Below, piece by piece: positions 20,543 to 29,139 of a stretch of 64,000 nucleotides of DNA. This DNA is from Acidobacteriota bacterium (GTDB lineage: Bacteria; Acidobacteriota; UBA6911; RPQK01; JADFOI01), in NCBI GenBank assembly GCA_963663035.1, contig OY760074.1, positions 3,520,001 through 3,584,000 on the forward strand, written 5' to 3'. The translations under genes and the position numbers were made by a program. Numbering within the stretch: position 1 is the first letter of the stretch; the number at the start of each line of letters is the position of its first letter. The notes beneath the pieces were generated by a model that did no database searches, was not told the DNA's origin, and was given only the letters and a program-made list of their open reading frames with translations.

Positions 20543-20608
20543 GGGAAGTAAGGGCGGTCGGGAGAATGTGGGAGTGGCCTCAGGCCGCGAAGAGGTGTCG
20601 AACATCAC

Positions 20609-21436
20609 TTATCCTCTTTTGATCTGCGTTCCCTCTTTCCCTCTCACTCCCTCCAACAACGCATTCTCCTTCAACCCACTCAAGATCTGTACTGAACCCA
20701 CTCCTCCCTCCAGGACCCTGAGTGCGGTCTGGACCTTGGGCACCATACCGTCAGTTAGACCTCCCTGGCTCAACAAATCCTTGGCCTCGGTGGCACTCAA
20801 CTCAGAAATACAGCTGGAGGCATCGTGAATGTCCCGGTAGATTCCCTCCACGTCTGAAACGGAAATCAGTTGGCTCGCCTGCAGGCTGATGGCCAGTTCA
20901 GCAGCCAGCGTGTCGGCATTGATGTTGAGGATTTGGCCGTCTTTGTCGGCACCCAGGCAGCTCACCACGGGAAGGAAGCCGCTGTCCCAGAATTGCTGCA
21001 AAACAGACGTGTCAATACTGTCAATCTCTCCCACCAGCCCAAAATCAATCAGCTCGGCATGCTCATGGCCGGAGGAGTCGGTGGTCGTAATCGAGAGAGG
21101 CGGCCTTCTGTGGCAGCAAGTCAGCCTGGCATCGAAGGCTGAGATTCCTAAGGCCGACAAACCCAAGGCAACCAGATCCGCAACCAGATTGCGATTCATG
21201 GCAGAGAAGACCATGGTGGCCAGCTCCAGCGTGGCCTTGTCGGTGACACGGCGCCCCTGATGCTGGACGATCGGTATCCCCAGACGGTTGGACAGATTGG
21301 TCAGCTGTTTTCCTCCGCCGTGGACAACGATCAAACGGTGACCGTCTCGGTCCAACTGGACCAGCTGTCGGCACAGGTGGCCTCGCGGTTTGTCCTCCTC
21401 CAAGACCTTTCCACTCAGCTTGACCACCAGGATCAT
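20609..21436 (-). CDS. argB: Acetylglutamate kinase
   Basis: VVKLSG, VVHGGG, NINAD and GMVPK amino-acid kinase motifs; clustered with argC/argD. Confidence 0.88.
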   Translation of the reverse strand: MILVVKLSGKVLEEDKPRGHLCRQLVQLDRDGHRLIVVHGGGKQLTNLSNRLGIPIVQHQGRRVTDKATLELATMVFSAMNRNLVADLVALGLSALGISAFDARLTCCHRRPPLSITTTDSSGHEHAELIDFGLVGEIDSIDTSVLQQFWDSGFLPVVSCLGADKDGQILNINADTLAAELAISLQASQLISVSDVEGIYRDIHDASSCISELSATEAKDLLSQGGLTDGMVPKVQTALRVLEGGVGSVQILSGLKENALLEGVRGKEGTQIKRG

Positions 21437-22590
21437 ATGGTCTTGACGGCCTCCACAAAGAGATCGGCTTCACTTCGTTTCAGGACCAGAGGCGGCATCA
21501 GACGCAGGACCTGGGCATCCATTGAGGTCCCGGCCAGAATGTGCTTTTCGAGGAGCGCCCCCTGCAGTTCCTTGGCCGTCATTTTTTCACCCAATTTTAG
21601 ACCCAACAGAAGTCCCCGGCCCCGCACTTCCTCAACGTGGTCAATGCCGGCAAGAGCTTCCTTCAGATAGACGCCCATCAGGCTAGCGTGTTTGGCCAGC
21701 TCTTCCCTTTCGATGACCTCCAGCGTGGCTTCCATGGCGGCGCACCCCAGGGGGCCACCCCCAAACGTGCTGCCCAGGTCGCCGCTTCTGACCGTTCTGG
21801 CCAGCTTTTCGGTCACAAGCAGAGCACCCGCGGGAAAACCCGAGGCGATCCCTTTGGCTAAAGTCACCATGTCAGGATGAATCTTGAGGTGTCCGGAGAA
21901 GAGAAAGGATCCGGTTCGTGCCACTCCTGTTTGCACCTCATCAAAGATCAGGAGTGCTCCATGGTCTTGGCAGACCTCCTGGATCTGGCTCAGACAGTCC
22001 AGAGGGATCTCCTGCATTCCCCCCATGCTCTGAATCGGTTCGATCAGGACAGCTGCCGTTTTCTCAGAGACGGCAGCTGCCACTCCTGCTGCGGGCAGGA
22101 TCCGATGCATGGGCACCGGTGTGTTCAGGTAATCGAGATACTTGGGGATCCCGGTGCTGGAGAGACTGCCGTAGGTGCGACCATGAAAGGAGCCGGAGAG
22201 GGAAATGACTTCGCGGCGTCCAGTGGTGGCTCGCGCCAGCTTGATGGCGTTCTCATTGGCCTCGCTGCCAGAGGTGACCAGGAATGCCTGGTAGTAGGGT
22301 TCACCGGCCATCTCCAGCAACTTTTTCACCGCTCGCGCTCTAGCCCGGTTGTAGCTGACATTGGAGTAGAAAATCAGCTGGGCAGCCTGTTCTTGAATGG
22401 CTTGAACAACATGGGGATGGCAGTGACCTGTTGAGGCCACCGCATGAGCGCCGTAGAGATCAAGATATTGGGTTCCTTCCTGATCATAAACGTAGCACCC
22501 CTCACCTTTCTCGATGAAGAGAGGAAACTTGGCGTAGGTTTGCAGCTGATACCGGTCCTCGTAGCTCTTCAGGTCATCTACTGTCGTCAT
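21433..22590 (-). CDS. argD: Acetylornithine aminotransferase (class III PLP)
   Basis: FHGRT, IFDEVQTG, TLAKG and STFGG motifs. Confidence 0.88.
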   Translation of the reverse strand: MTTVDDLKSYEDRYQLQTYAKFPLFIEKGEGCYVYDQEGTQYLDLYGAHAVASTGHCHPHVVQAIQEQAAQLIFYSNVSYNRARARAVKKLLEMAGEPYYQAFLVTSGSEANENAIKLARATTGRREVISLSGSFHGRTYGSLSSTGIPKYLDYLNTPVPMHRILPAAGVAAAVSEKTAAVLIEPIQSMGGMQEIPLDCLSQIQEVCQDHGALLIFDEVQTGVARTGSFLFSGHLKIHPDMVTLAKGIASGFPAGALLVTEKLARTVRSGDLGSTFGGGPLGCAAMEATLEVIEREELAKHASLMGVYLKEALAGIDHVEEVRGRGLLLGLKLGEKMTAKELQGALLEKHILAGTSMDAQVLRLMPPLVLKRSEADLFVEAVKTI

Positions 22591-22639
22591 GGTTGGTCAC
22601 CGCTTTGCTGGATTCGTGCTTTCCTGCATTCGTGCACCC

Positions 22640-23650
22640 CTAAGGGTGCACGGGGGCTGTCTCCAGGCCTGTCTCCTCAGGAAAGTCGCAAATCAGGTTC
22701 ATATTTTGAACGGCCTGACCGGCGGCACCCTTTTGCAGATTATCCAACACCGACCAGACAATGAGAAAGCCATTTTGAGTTGCGGCGCCGATGTCTACGA
22801 AATTGGAGTGACGAACGAAGCTCACATTGGGAGATCCGGAGACCCAGCGAATAAAGAAATCTGAACCGTAGTAGGTTTCATACAGGTTGGCCACTTCCTC
22901 GGTGGTCACCGACTTGGCCAACTCCATGTAGTGGCTGGCGAAGATTCCACGCACGAACGGAGCCGAGTAGGTCTGAAAGATCAACGGGTAGTCGGGCTCA
23001 CCCAGGAGCTGTGTAATCTCGGGAAGATGCTGGTGCGCAAAAGGCTTGTAGGCGAACAGGCTGTTGGTGCGCCAGGGATGATGGGTGGTGGCGCCCGGAG
23101 AGTTTCCAGCTCCCGAGGAACCCGTTTTGGTATCGACGTAGACGGGTCCCTGGATCCACTTCTCCTGAAAAAGCGGATAGAGTGCCAGGAGTGTGGCACT
23201 GGCAAAGCAGCCTGGATTGGCAATGCGCCGAGCCGAGCGGATTTCTTCCCGCTTCAGTTCCGTGAGTCCGTAAACGAAGGCCTTCTGCTCCTCGGGGCAG
23301 TGGGGCGGAAAGCTGTAGAATTTCTCAAACACTTCGGGGTCTGCCAGCCGAAAATCACCGCTCAGATCGATGACCACCAGCTCGCCGGGCAGTTCCGGCA
23401 CCAGCTTCATCGCTTCCCCGTGGGGCAAAGCCAGAAACAGGACATCCAGCTGTGAAGCGGGCAGCTCCTCCAAAGGCGAGAAACGGAGCTTCAGCACCCC
23501 GCGCAAGTGTGGATAGACGCTTGCGACTTCTTTTCCGGCATGTTGTTGGGAGGAGATCCAAGCGATCGTGACATCGGGGTGACGCAGGAGAATTTGAATG
23601 AGCTCAATGCCTCCGTAGCCCGAACCGCCGGCTATTCCGATTTGAGCCAT
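22640..23650 (-). CDS. argC: N-acetyl-gamma-glutamyl-phosphate reductase
   Basis: GGSGYGG, IANPGCF, GSSGAG and DNLQKGAAGQAVQNMN motifs. Confidence 0.95.
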   Translation of the reverse strand: MAQIGIAGGSGYGGIELIQILLRHPDVTIAWISSQQHAGKEVASVYPHLRGVLKLRFSPLEELPASQLDVLFLALPHGEAMKLVPELPGELVVIDLSGDFRLADPEVFEKFYSFPPHCPEEQKAFVYGLTELKREEIRSARRIANPGCFASATLLALYPLFQEKWIQGPVYVDTKTGSSGAGNSPGATTHHPWRTNSLFAYKPFAHQHLPEITQLLGEPDYPLIFQTYSAPFVRGIFASHYMELAKSVTTEEVANLYETYYGSDFFIRWVSGSPNVSFVRHSNFVDIGAATQNGFLIVWSVLDNLQKGAAGQAVQNMNLICDFPEETGLETAPVHP

Positions 23651-24717
23651 GGCATCAGAGTCTCTAGAACGAAAGTGCAGATCGTGCCCGTGCCTTCCCG
23701 AGAATTGCCTGCCGGAAGGTCCCAGTGTTCCTCAATGTAACGTATGCCTTCCCCACTGTCCGTGACAGGTCCTGAAATGAGAATCGGATACTTCCTGGGA
23801 CCTTGCTTGGACAACCACTCCATAGCTCCCCACACACCCATCAAGTCATTGGCGCACACGATCATCGATACGCAGCAGCTCATGAATTGTTCATCTTCAA
23901 AGAGGGAGGCAACCTGATAGCCTCCCAGGACTCCGTCACCCATCTCCAGAACAATGAAGTCAGGGTGGGACTCGGACAGATAGTGCACCATGGAGCGGGC
24001 GATGGGGACAACGGTTTCCAGATGGGCCGTGGAAGGTATGCCGAAGTCCTGAAAGCTCAGAATTTTTTGAGCGCCGTTTTCCTTCATGGCCAGAGGGTCT
24101 TTCAAGCAACCTACCCCGGCAACTTTTCCAGCGTTGATGGAAAACCCCTTATCAGTGAACATCTTCAGGAGTTGTTGGCAAACGGCGGTTTTCCCGGCGT
24201 TCATGCAGGTCCCCACAACCATGACTACCGGAACCTCCAGGATGGGCTTATCGACTAGAGCGAGAGCGAAGTCTTTCAGATTAGCAGCTCGGCCGTTCCA
24301 GGAAACGGTGCCCAGGTACTCCAGTTGGGTGGGCCATCCTAAATCGCGATGGAAATCCGTGCATTCTCCTATGACACCACCCCGATTGAGCAGGTGAAGC
24401 TCCATGCCTGCCTTGAGCTCAGAGGGAGGATCGCCTGAAAATCCTTGCAGGGCTTTGCGGCTTCCCAAGGCTCCAATGATCAATTCTCCTCCACTCAGAG
24501 TCTCCTCCTCCCCATCCAGTGTTTCCAGCTTCGAATAGTCGGTATTGACCTTCTTGACTTTTACCAGGACCAGGTCCCCGTGATGGGCGGTCTTCTCCTC
24601 TGTCACCCTGAGAAGTCCGGCAAGGGGAACTCGACTGGTCACGGAGGCGATCAGATCAGGTCTGACTCCTTCAGGCTTTGAGGCAGATGTGGGATCGACT
24701 AAGACTTTAACTTGCAT
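23632..24717 (-). CDS. DUF1611/DgcN-like P-loop protein, first gene of the arg operon
   Basis: VGTCMNAGKT P-loop-like motif, GKVAGVG, FQDFGIPST and LEMGDG; start MQVKVLV at 24717 after GAGGT; overlaps argC start. Confidence 0.65.
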   Translation of the reverse strand: MQVKVLVDPTSASKPEGVRPDLIASVTSRVPLAGLLRVTEEKTAHHGDLVLVKVKKVNTDYSKLETLDGEEETLSGGELIIGALGSRKALQGFSGDPPSELKAGMELHLLNRGGVIGECTDFHRDLGWPTQLEYLGTVSWNGRAANLKDFALALVDKPILEVPVVMVVGTCMNAGKTAVCQQLLKMFTDKGFSINAGKVAGVGCLKDPLAMKENGAQKILSFQDFGIPSTAHLETVVPIARSMVHYLSESHPDFIVLEMGDGVLGGYQVASLFEDEQFMSCCVSMIVCANDLMGVWGAMEWLSKQGPRKYPILISGPVTDSGEGIRYIEEHWDLPAGNSREGTGTICTFVLETLMPWLKSE

Positions 24718-24745
24718 GGTTGACCTCGCTGAACGTTTCTTCCAG

Positions 24746-24763
24746 AGTGCATAATTATACATA
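24746..24763. promoter_or_regulatory. ARG box (ArgR operator)
   Basis: AGTGCATAATTATACATA fits WNTGNATWWWWATNCANW; a second half-site AGTGAATA lies at 24768-24775. Confidence 0.8.
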
Positions 24764-24781
24764 GTTTAGTGAATATGTCAA
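24754..24781 (-). promoter_or_regulatory. Sigma70 promoter of the arg operon
   Basis: TTGACA-N16-TATAAT on the minus strand, overlapping the ARG box. Confidence 0.85.
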
Positions 24782-24810
24782 GGATAAAGGTGTATAATCG
24801 CCTGAAATAT

Positions 24811-25659
24811 TCAGTGCGGGCGCCGCGACTTCAAGCGGACCACGCTGCCGTAGATCTCGCGCTTGGAGAGAGGGAGTTCTCGGGCGGCTCGCTGGATGGC
24901 TTCTTTTTGAGTGAGTCCTTCTACCTCCATCAGTCCTAAAACGTAGGCCGCTCCATCGACCTGAGGCGAAACCTCATTCTGTTGGGAGGTGCAACCTTCA
25001 AGAACCAGGGTATATTCACCCCGAGGACGTTCTTGCTCCAGAGTCTTGCGGACATCTTGGAGGAGACCGAAGTAGTGAGTTTCATGCAGCTTGGTCATTT
25101 CTCGGACCAGGAAAGATCTCCGATCACCCAGGATTTCCACAATCCTTTTGACGGTGGGAAGAAGACCATGCGGAGAGAGGTAAATCAGGAGGGTGGACTC
25201 CTCTCGGGAGAGTGTTTGCAGCAGTTCCCGTTGTGGGCCGGTTCGGCGGGGAAGGAAACCGACGAAGAGAAAGCGATGAGTCGGCAGACCCGAAATGGAG
25301 AGTGCGGCCGTGGCTGCCGAGGGGCCGGGAACGGAGTAGACGGCAATCTCCTTTTCTCGGCAGGAGACCACCAGGCGATGACCGGGATCGGAGAGAAGTG
25401 GAGTTCCGGCGTCCGAGACCAGCGCGAGGGCATGTCCCTGCTCGAGCTGGGTGATCAGAGCAGGGGTCTTGGCTGCTTCATTGTGCTCGTGGTAGCTGGT
25501 GGTTGCTGTGTGAATGGCGAAGTGGTTGAGAAGCTTGCGGGTGTGCCGGGTATCCTCACAGGCTATGAGGTCCACCTCGCCCAGGATCCGTACCGCACGC
25601 GGACTCAGATCCTCCAGATTTCCCAGCGGCGTGGCCACCACATATAGAATTCCCGACAT
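24811..25659 (-). CDS. rsmI: 16S rRNA C1402 2'-O-methyltransferase
   Basis: LYVVATPLGNLED, ACEDTR, VSDAGTP..SDPG and REMTKLHE motifs. Confidence 0.95.
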   Translation of the reverse strand: MSGILYVVATPLGNLEDLSPRAVRILGEVDLIACEDTRHTRKLLNHFAIHTATTSYHEHNEAAKTPALITQLEQGHALALVSDAGTPLLSDPGHRLVVSCREKEIAVYSVPGPSAATAALSISGLPTHRFLFVGFLPRRTGPQRELLQTLSREESTLLIYLSPHGLLPTVKRIVEILGDRRSFLVREMTKLHETHYFGLLQDVRKTLEQERPRGEYTLVLEGCTSQQNEVSPQVDGAAYVLGLMEVEGLTQKEAIQRAARELPLSKREIYGSVVRLKSRRPH

Positions 25660-25685
25660 ATCTCACCTCGAAGCGGAATTCCGGG

Positions 25686-26444
25686 TTAGTTCGATTGATC
25701 TTGTGTGGTCCGTGGGGTCATCGCCTCCAACATTTCCCGAACGGCCCTTTCCATTCCCACCAGTGCGGCCCTGGCTACAATATTGTGGCCGATGTTCAGT
25801 TCGGTAATTTGAGGAATATCCGAGACGGGACCAACGTTGCGGTAGGTGAGACCGTGACCGGCTAAAACGCGCAGCCCGAGAGATTCGGCCAACTGTGCCG
25901 CCGCCACGATTTTGTCCAGCTCGCTCTGGAACCCCTCATCGCTTTCCTTGAGTCCCTTGGGAACCGCCTCGGAATAAGCAGCTGTGTTGATCTCGATCAT
26001 GGTGACCCGGGTGATGGCGGCATGCTCGATTTGATTGCGTTCGGGATCGATGAAGAGGGAAACTTCCAATCCGCCTTCCTGCAATCTTTGCACTGCCCCC
26101 ATGATCTCCCTCTCGTTTTTGACCACGTCCAGGCCCCCCTCCGTGGTGACTTCTTCCTCCCGCTCCGGAACCAGAGTCGCGCTGTCAGGAGCCACTTCCA
26201 GGGCCAGGCTGACCATCTCCTCTGTGACCGCCATTTCCAGGTTGAGTCGGGTCGTGATCACCTCGCGCAGAAGTCTCACGTCTCGATCACTGATGTGGCG
26301 ACGATCTGAACGCAGGTGAACGGTGATTCCGTGTGCCCCAGCCAGTTCAGCCAGAACAGCCGCCGCCACCGGATCCGGTTCAGGCGCTTGACGTGCCTGA
26401 CGAATGGTGGCGATGTGATCGACATTGACACCGAGCGTAGTCAT
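25686..26444 (-). CDS. pdxJ: Pyridoxine 5'-phosphate synthase
   Basis: [32 protein letters not shown] and ELNIGH motifs; start MTTLG at 26444. Confidence 0.96.
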   Translation of the reverse strand: MTTLGVNVDHIATIRQARQAPEPDPVAAAVLAELAGAHGITVHLRSDRRHISDRDVRLLREVITTRLNLEMAVTEEMVSLALEVAPDSATLVPEREEEVTTEGGLDVVKNEREIMGAVQRLQEGGLEVSLFIDPERNQIEHAAITRVTMIEINTAAYSEAVPKGLKESDEGFQSELDKIVAAAQLAESLGLRVLAGHGLTYRNVGPVSDIPQITELNIGHNIVARAALVGMERAVREMLEAMTPRTTQDQSN

Positions 26445-26451
26445 GAAAGAG

Positions 26452-26621
26452 AGAATACAGAATCCAGAATCCAGAATCCAGAAGGGGAAGGCCCGCAGGC
26501 TAAAGCCTGTGGCTCTGACGGAGCTGACGAGGCTCAAACAGAGCCGTGGGCTTTAGCTCCCGGAAACAGAGCCGTGGGCTTTAGCCCACGGGCCAGTTGT
26601 CAGCTGTCAGCGGTCTGCTGT
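26452..26621. repeat. Repeat cluster: heptamer tandem repeats plus three REP-like hairpins
   Basis: (AGAATCC)~4.5 at 26452-26483; GC-TAAA/TTTA-GC hairpins near 26491, 26544 and 26572; degenerate CAGCTGT heptamers at 26594-26621. Confidence 0.8.
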
Positions 26622-27358
26622 CCGTACCTCCCCCGGAAATCTTTCCATCTGATCCCCACAAGATCCCACGCCATCCTACCGGCATCGGGAGCGAATCGCA
26701 CACTGCTGCCCGGGACGTGCCGCCACACTACCGGGACCTCTTTGAGAGTGAGTCCCCACTTATGGGCCATATAGAGGATTTCCACATCAAACCCGAAGCC
26801 ATCGATGGTTTGCTTTCGAAAGAGGTCCTGGCAGCGGCCCATGTTGAAAAGCTTGAAGCCACACTGGGTGTCAGCGTAGGGAAGGCCGGTAGAGAGCCGC
26901 ACCAGCCGGTTGAAAATCTTTCCGCTGGTTTCTCGAAACCAGGTTTGGCGCACTTCGATCTGGGATTCTTCCATGTCACGAGATCCGAAAGCGATATGGC
27001 AGCTCCCATCGATAACTTCCCTCTCGAGTTTGGAGATCTCCTCGATCGGAGAACTCAAGTCGGCATCGGTCAACAGCGAGTAGGCGCCCTGAGCTTCCAG
27101 CATTCCACGTCGCACGCTGTAACCCTTGCCCCGGTTCCGGTCGTTGCGAAGGAGGCGCACCGTTCCCTCTGGATCATCCCTTGTGCCCAGCTCTTGGGTA
27201 ATTTCACCGGTCCGATCCTGGGAGCCGTCGTCCACCACCAGGATCTCGAAAGAACGGCTGCGCGATCTCAGGTACACGGAAATCCGTTCCAAGGTGGAGC
27301 CAATGCGCTGCTCTTCGTTGTAGGCGGGGATGACGACGGACAGGGACGGATGATTCAT
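26600..27358 (-). CDS. GT2 glycosyltransferase (dolichyl-phosphate beta-glucosyltransferase-like)
   Basis: VIPAYNEE, VVDDGS.D.T, NRGKG, DAD and DTQCGFKLF motifs. Confidence 0.92.
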   Translation of the reverse strand: MNHPSLSVVIPAYNEEQRIGSTLERISVYLRSRSRSFEILVVDDGSQDRTGEITQELGTRDDPEGTVRLLRNDRNRGKGYSVRRGMLEAQGAYSLLTDADLSSPIEEISKLEREVIDGSCHIAFGSRDMEESQIEVRQTWFRETSGKIFNRLVRLSTGLPYADTQCGFKLFNMGRCQDLFRKQTIDGFGFDVEILYMAHKWGLTLKEVPVVWRHVPGSSVRFAPDAGRMAWDLVGIRWKDFRGRYGQQTADS

Positions 27359-28806
27359 TGGAGAATGGTGAGGACCTTGCGCAGGCGCTGAAGAGTTCTG
27401 TCCTTTCCCAGGGTGACGATCACATCAAAGATTCCCGGGGCCGCTGTTTTTCCTGTTAAGGCAACCCGAATGGCACCAATAAATTTCCCTGCCTTGATTT
27501 CATGCCGTTCTCCCACTTCTCGCAGGACTTTTTCCGTTGCTTCCAGACTGAACTCTCCCAGGGCCTGATAAGCCTCGGAGAGTTCCTGAATTGCGCCGAC
27601 CAGGGTCAAGCGCTGCGCTGGTTCCTCAAAAGAAAGGAATTTTTCTATCGCCTGTTGCTCATATTCAAAGTCATCAGAAAAGAAGGGCCTTCCCAGATCG
27701 GCGAACTCGGTGAGCTTTTTAGCGCGGGACTTCAAGAGCTCGATTGTGCTCAGGAATTGGTCCCGACCTTCACTCTCCCAAGCCCGATCCCACAGCTTCT
27801 CCTCCTGAAGGAGGGACTTCACCTCTGGTTCCAGCTCCTGAGGTGTCGCCCGTGAGATGTACTGTCCGTTCATCCATTCCAGTTTTTGGGGATCAAACAG
27901 GGCATCGGCCTTATTAATGCGGCGGATGTCAAAGCGTTCGATCAGCTCCTCTTGGGTGAAGATCTCTTCATCCCCGCTGGGTGACCATCCCAGGCGAACC
28001 AGATAATTCTTGAGGGCGGCCGGCAGGAACCCCTGCTTTTTATATTCTAGAACCGAAGTGGCGCCATGGCGTTTGCTGAGACGCTTCTTATCCGGGCCCA
28101 GGATGAGGGGAAGATGCACATAAGAGGGCTTCGGCTGCGCGAAAGCCTGGTAGAGCAAAACGTGTTTGCTGGTATTGGAAAGGTGGTCAGCGCCTCGCAC
28201 CACATGTGAGATCTTCATTTCGCTGTCATCCGCCACCACGCAAAGATGGTAGGTCGGTGTGCCGTCGGAGCGAAGAAGGACGAAGTCTTCAATATTTTCG
28301 GTCTCCACTTCGATGGGACCATAGACAAGATCTTCGAAGTTAACCTTCTGCTGGTCGGGAACCTTGAATCTCACGGCAAAAGGCTCCCCGGCCGTCAGGC
28401 GTCCCTGGACCTTCTCTCTGGAGAGCTTGCGGCAGGTGCGGTCATACCGCCACTCCTGTCCCCCAACCCGGGCTGCCTGTTTTTTGCTCTCCAGCAGTTC
28501 GGGAGAGCAAAAGCAGCGGTAGGCGCCTTCTGACTCCAGCAGTTGCTGGCTGAGGGCACGATAACTTTCAAACCGCTGGGACTGATAGAAAGGTCCTTCG
28601 TCCCAATCAAGTCCCAGCCAGCCCAAGCCCTCCAGGATCCCCTCCACCATCTCGGCACTGGAACGCTTCACATCGGTATCTTCAATGCGCAGGGCAAAGG
28701 TGCCGCCCTTTTGACGGGCCAGCAGCCAGTTGAACAGAGCGGTGCGGGCCCCGCCAATGTGCAGGTAACCGGTCGGACTGGGTGCAAATCTGACTCTTAC
28801 GCTCAT
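27355..28806 (-). CDS. gltX: Glutamate--tRNA ligase
   Basis: RFAPSPTGYLHIGG and RLSKR motifs. Confidence 0.98.
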   Translation of the reverse strand: MSVRVRFAPSPTGYLHIGGARTALFNWLLARQKGGTFALRIEDTDVKRSSAEMVEGILEGLGWLGLDWDEGPFYQSQRFESYRALSQQLLESEGAYRCFCSPELLESKKQAARVGGQEWRYDRTCRKLSREKVQGRLTAGEPFAVRFKVPDQQKVNFEDLVYGPIEVETENIEDFVLLRSDGTPTYHLCVVADDSEMKISHVVRGADHLSNTSKHVLLYQAFAQPKPSYVHLPLILGPDKKRLSKRHGATSVLEYKKQGFLPAALKNYLVRLGWSPSGDEEIFTQEELIERFDIRRINKADALFDPQKLEWMNGQYISRATPQELEPEVKSLLQEEKLWDRAWESEGRDQFLSTIELLKSRAKKLTEFADLGRPFFSDDFEYEQQAIEKFLSFEEPAQRLTLVGAIQELSEAYQALGEFSLEATEKVLREVGERHEIKAGKFIGAIRVALTGKTAAPGIFDVIVTLGKDRTLQRLRKVLTILQ

Positions 28807-28898
28807 GCCATGCCCAGAAAAGGGAAGCTCGATTATAACGGCTTAGGAAATATGGGGACAGCTGAACAGCCCATGATAGAATTGGCTCCGCCTGCTGG

Positions 28899-28983
28899 GC
28901 CCGGGTGGCGGAATTGGCAGACGCACAGGACTTAAAATCCTGTGAGGGTTTCCCTCGTGAGGGTTCGAGTCCCTCCCCGGGCA
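28899..28983 (+). tRNA. tRNA-Leu (TAA), CCA not encoded
   Basis: GCCCGGGTGGCGGAATTGGCAGACGC, CAGGA-CTTAAAA-TCCTG, long variable arm, GTTCGAGTCCCTCCCCGGGCA. Confidence 0.96.
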
Positions 28984-29139
28984 CGCTTCTGACGCGGGTT
29001 TCAGCCAAGTTGAGTCTCCCTGACTCACCCTCCAAAACCCCAAATTGTGCCTGAATTGTGCCCGCGGCAAACTCACTCCAACTCACTCAAACCAAAATAG
29101 AGGCCATTTTTCATTGCTTTCAGGACACCTCAAGACTTA

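Noticed and set aside
22631-22652. Hairpin CGTGCACCC-CTAA-GGGTGCACG over the argC stop as a terminator
   Set aside because: No U-tract on the coding strand and it is mid-operon; at most an isolated REP-like or stability hairpin.
20609-23650. LysW-dependent lysYJZ pathway instead of argCDB
   Set aside because: No lysW carrier or lysX ligase in the cluster and an ARG box is present; not fully excluded without phylogeny.
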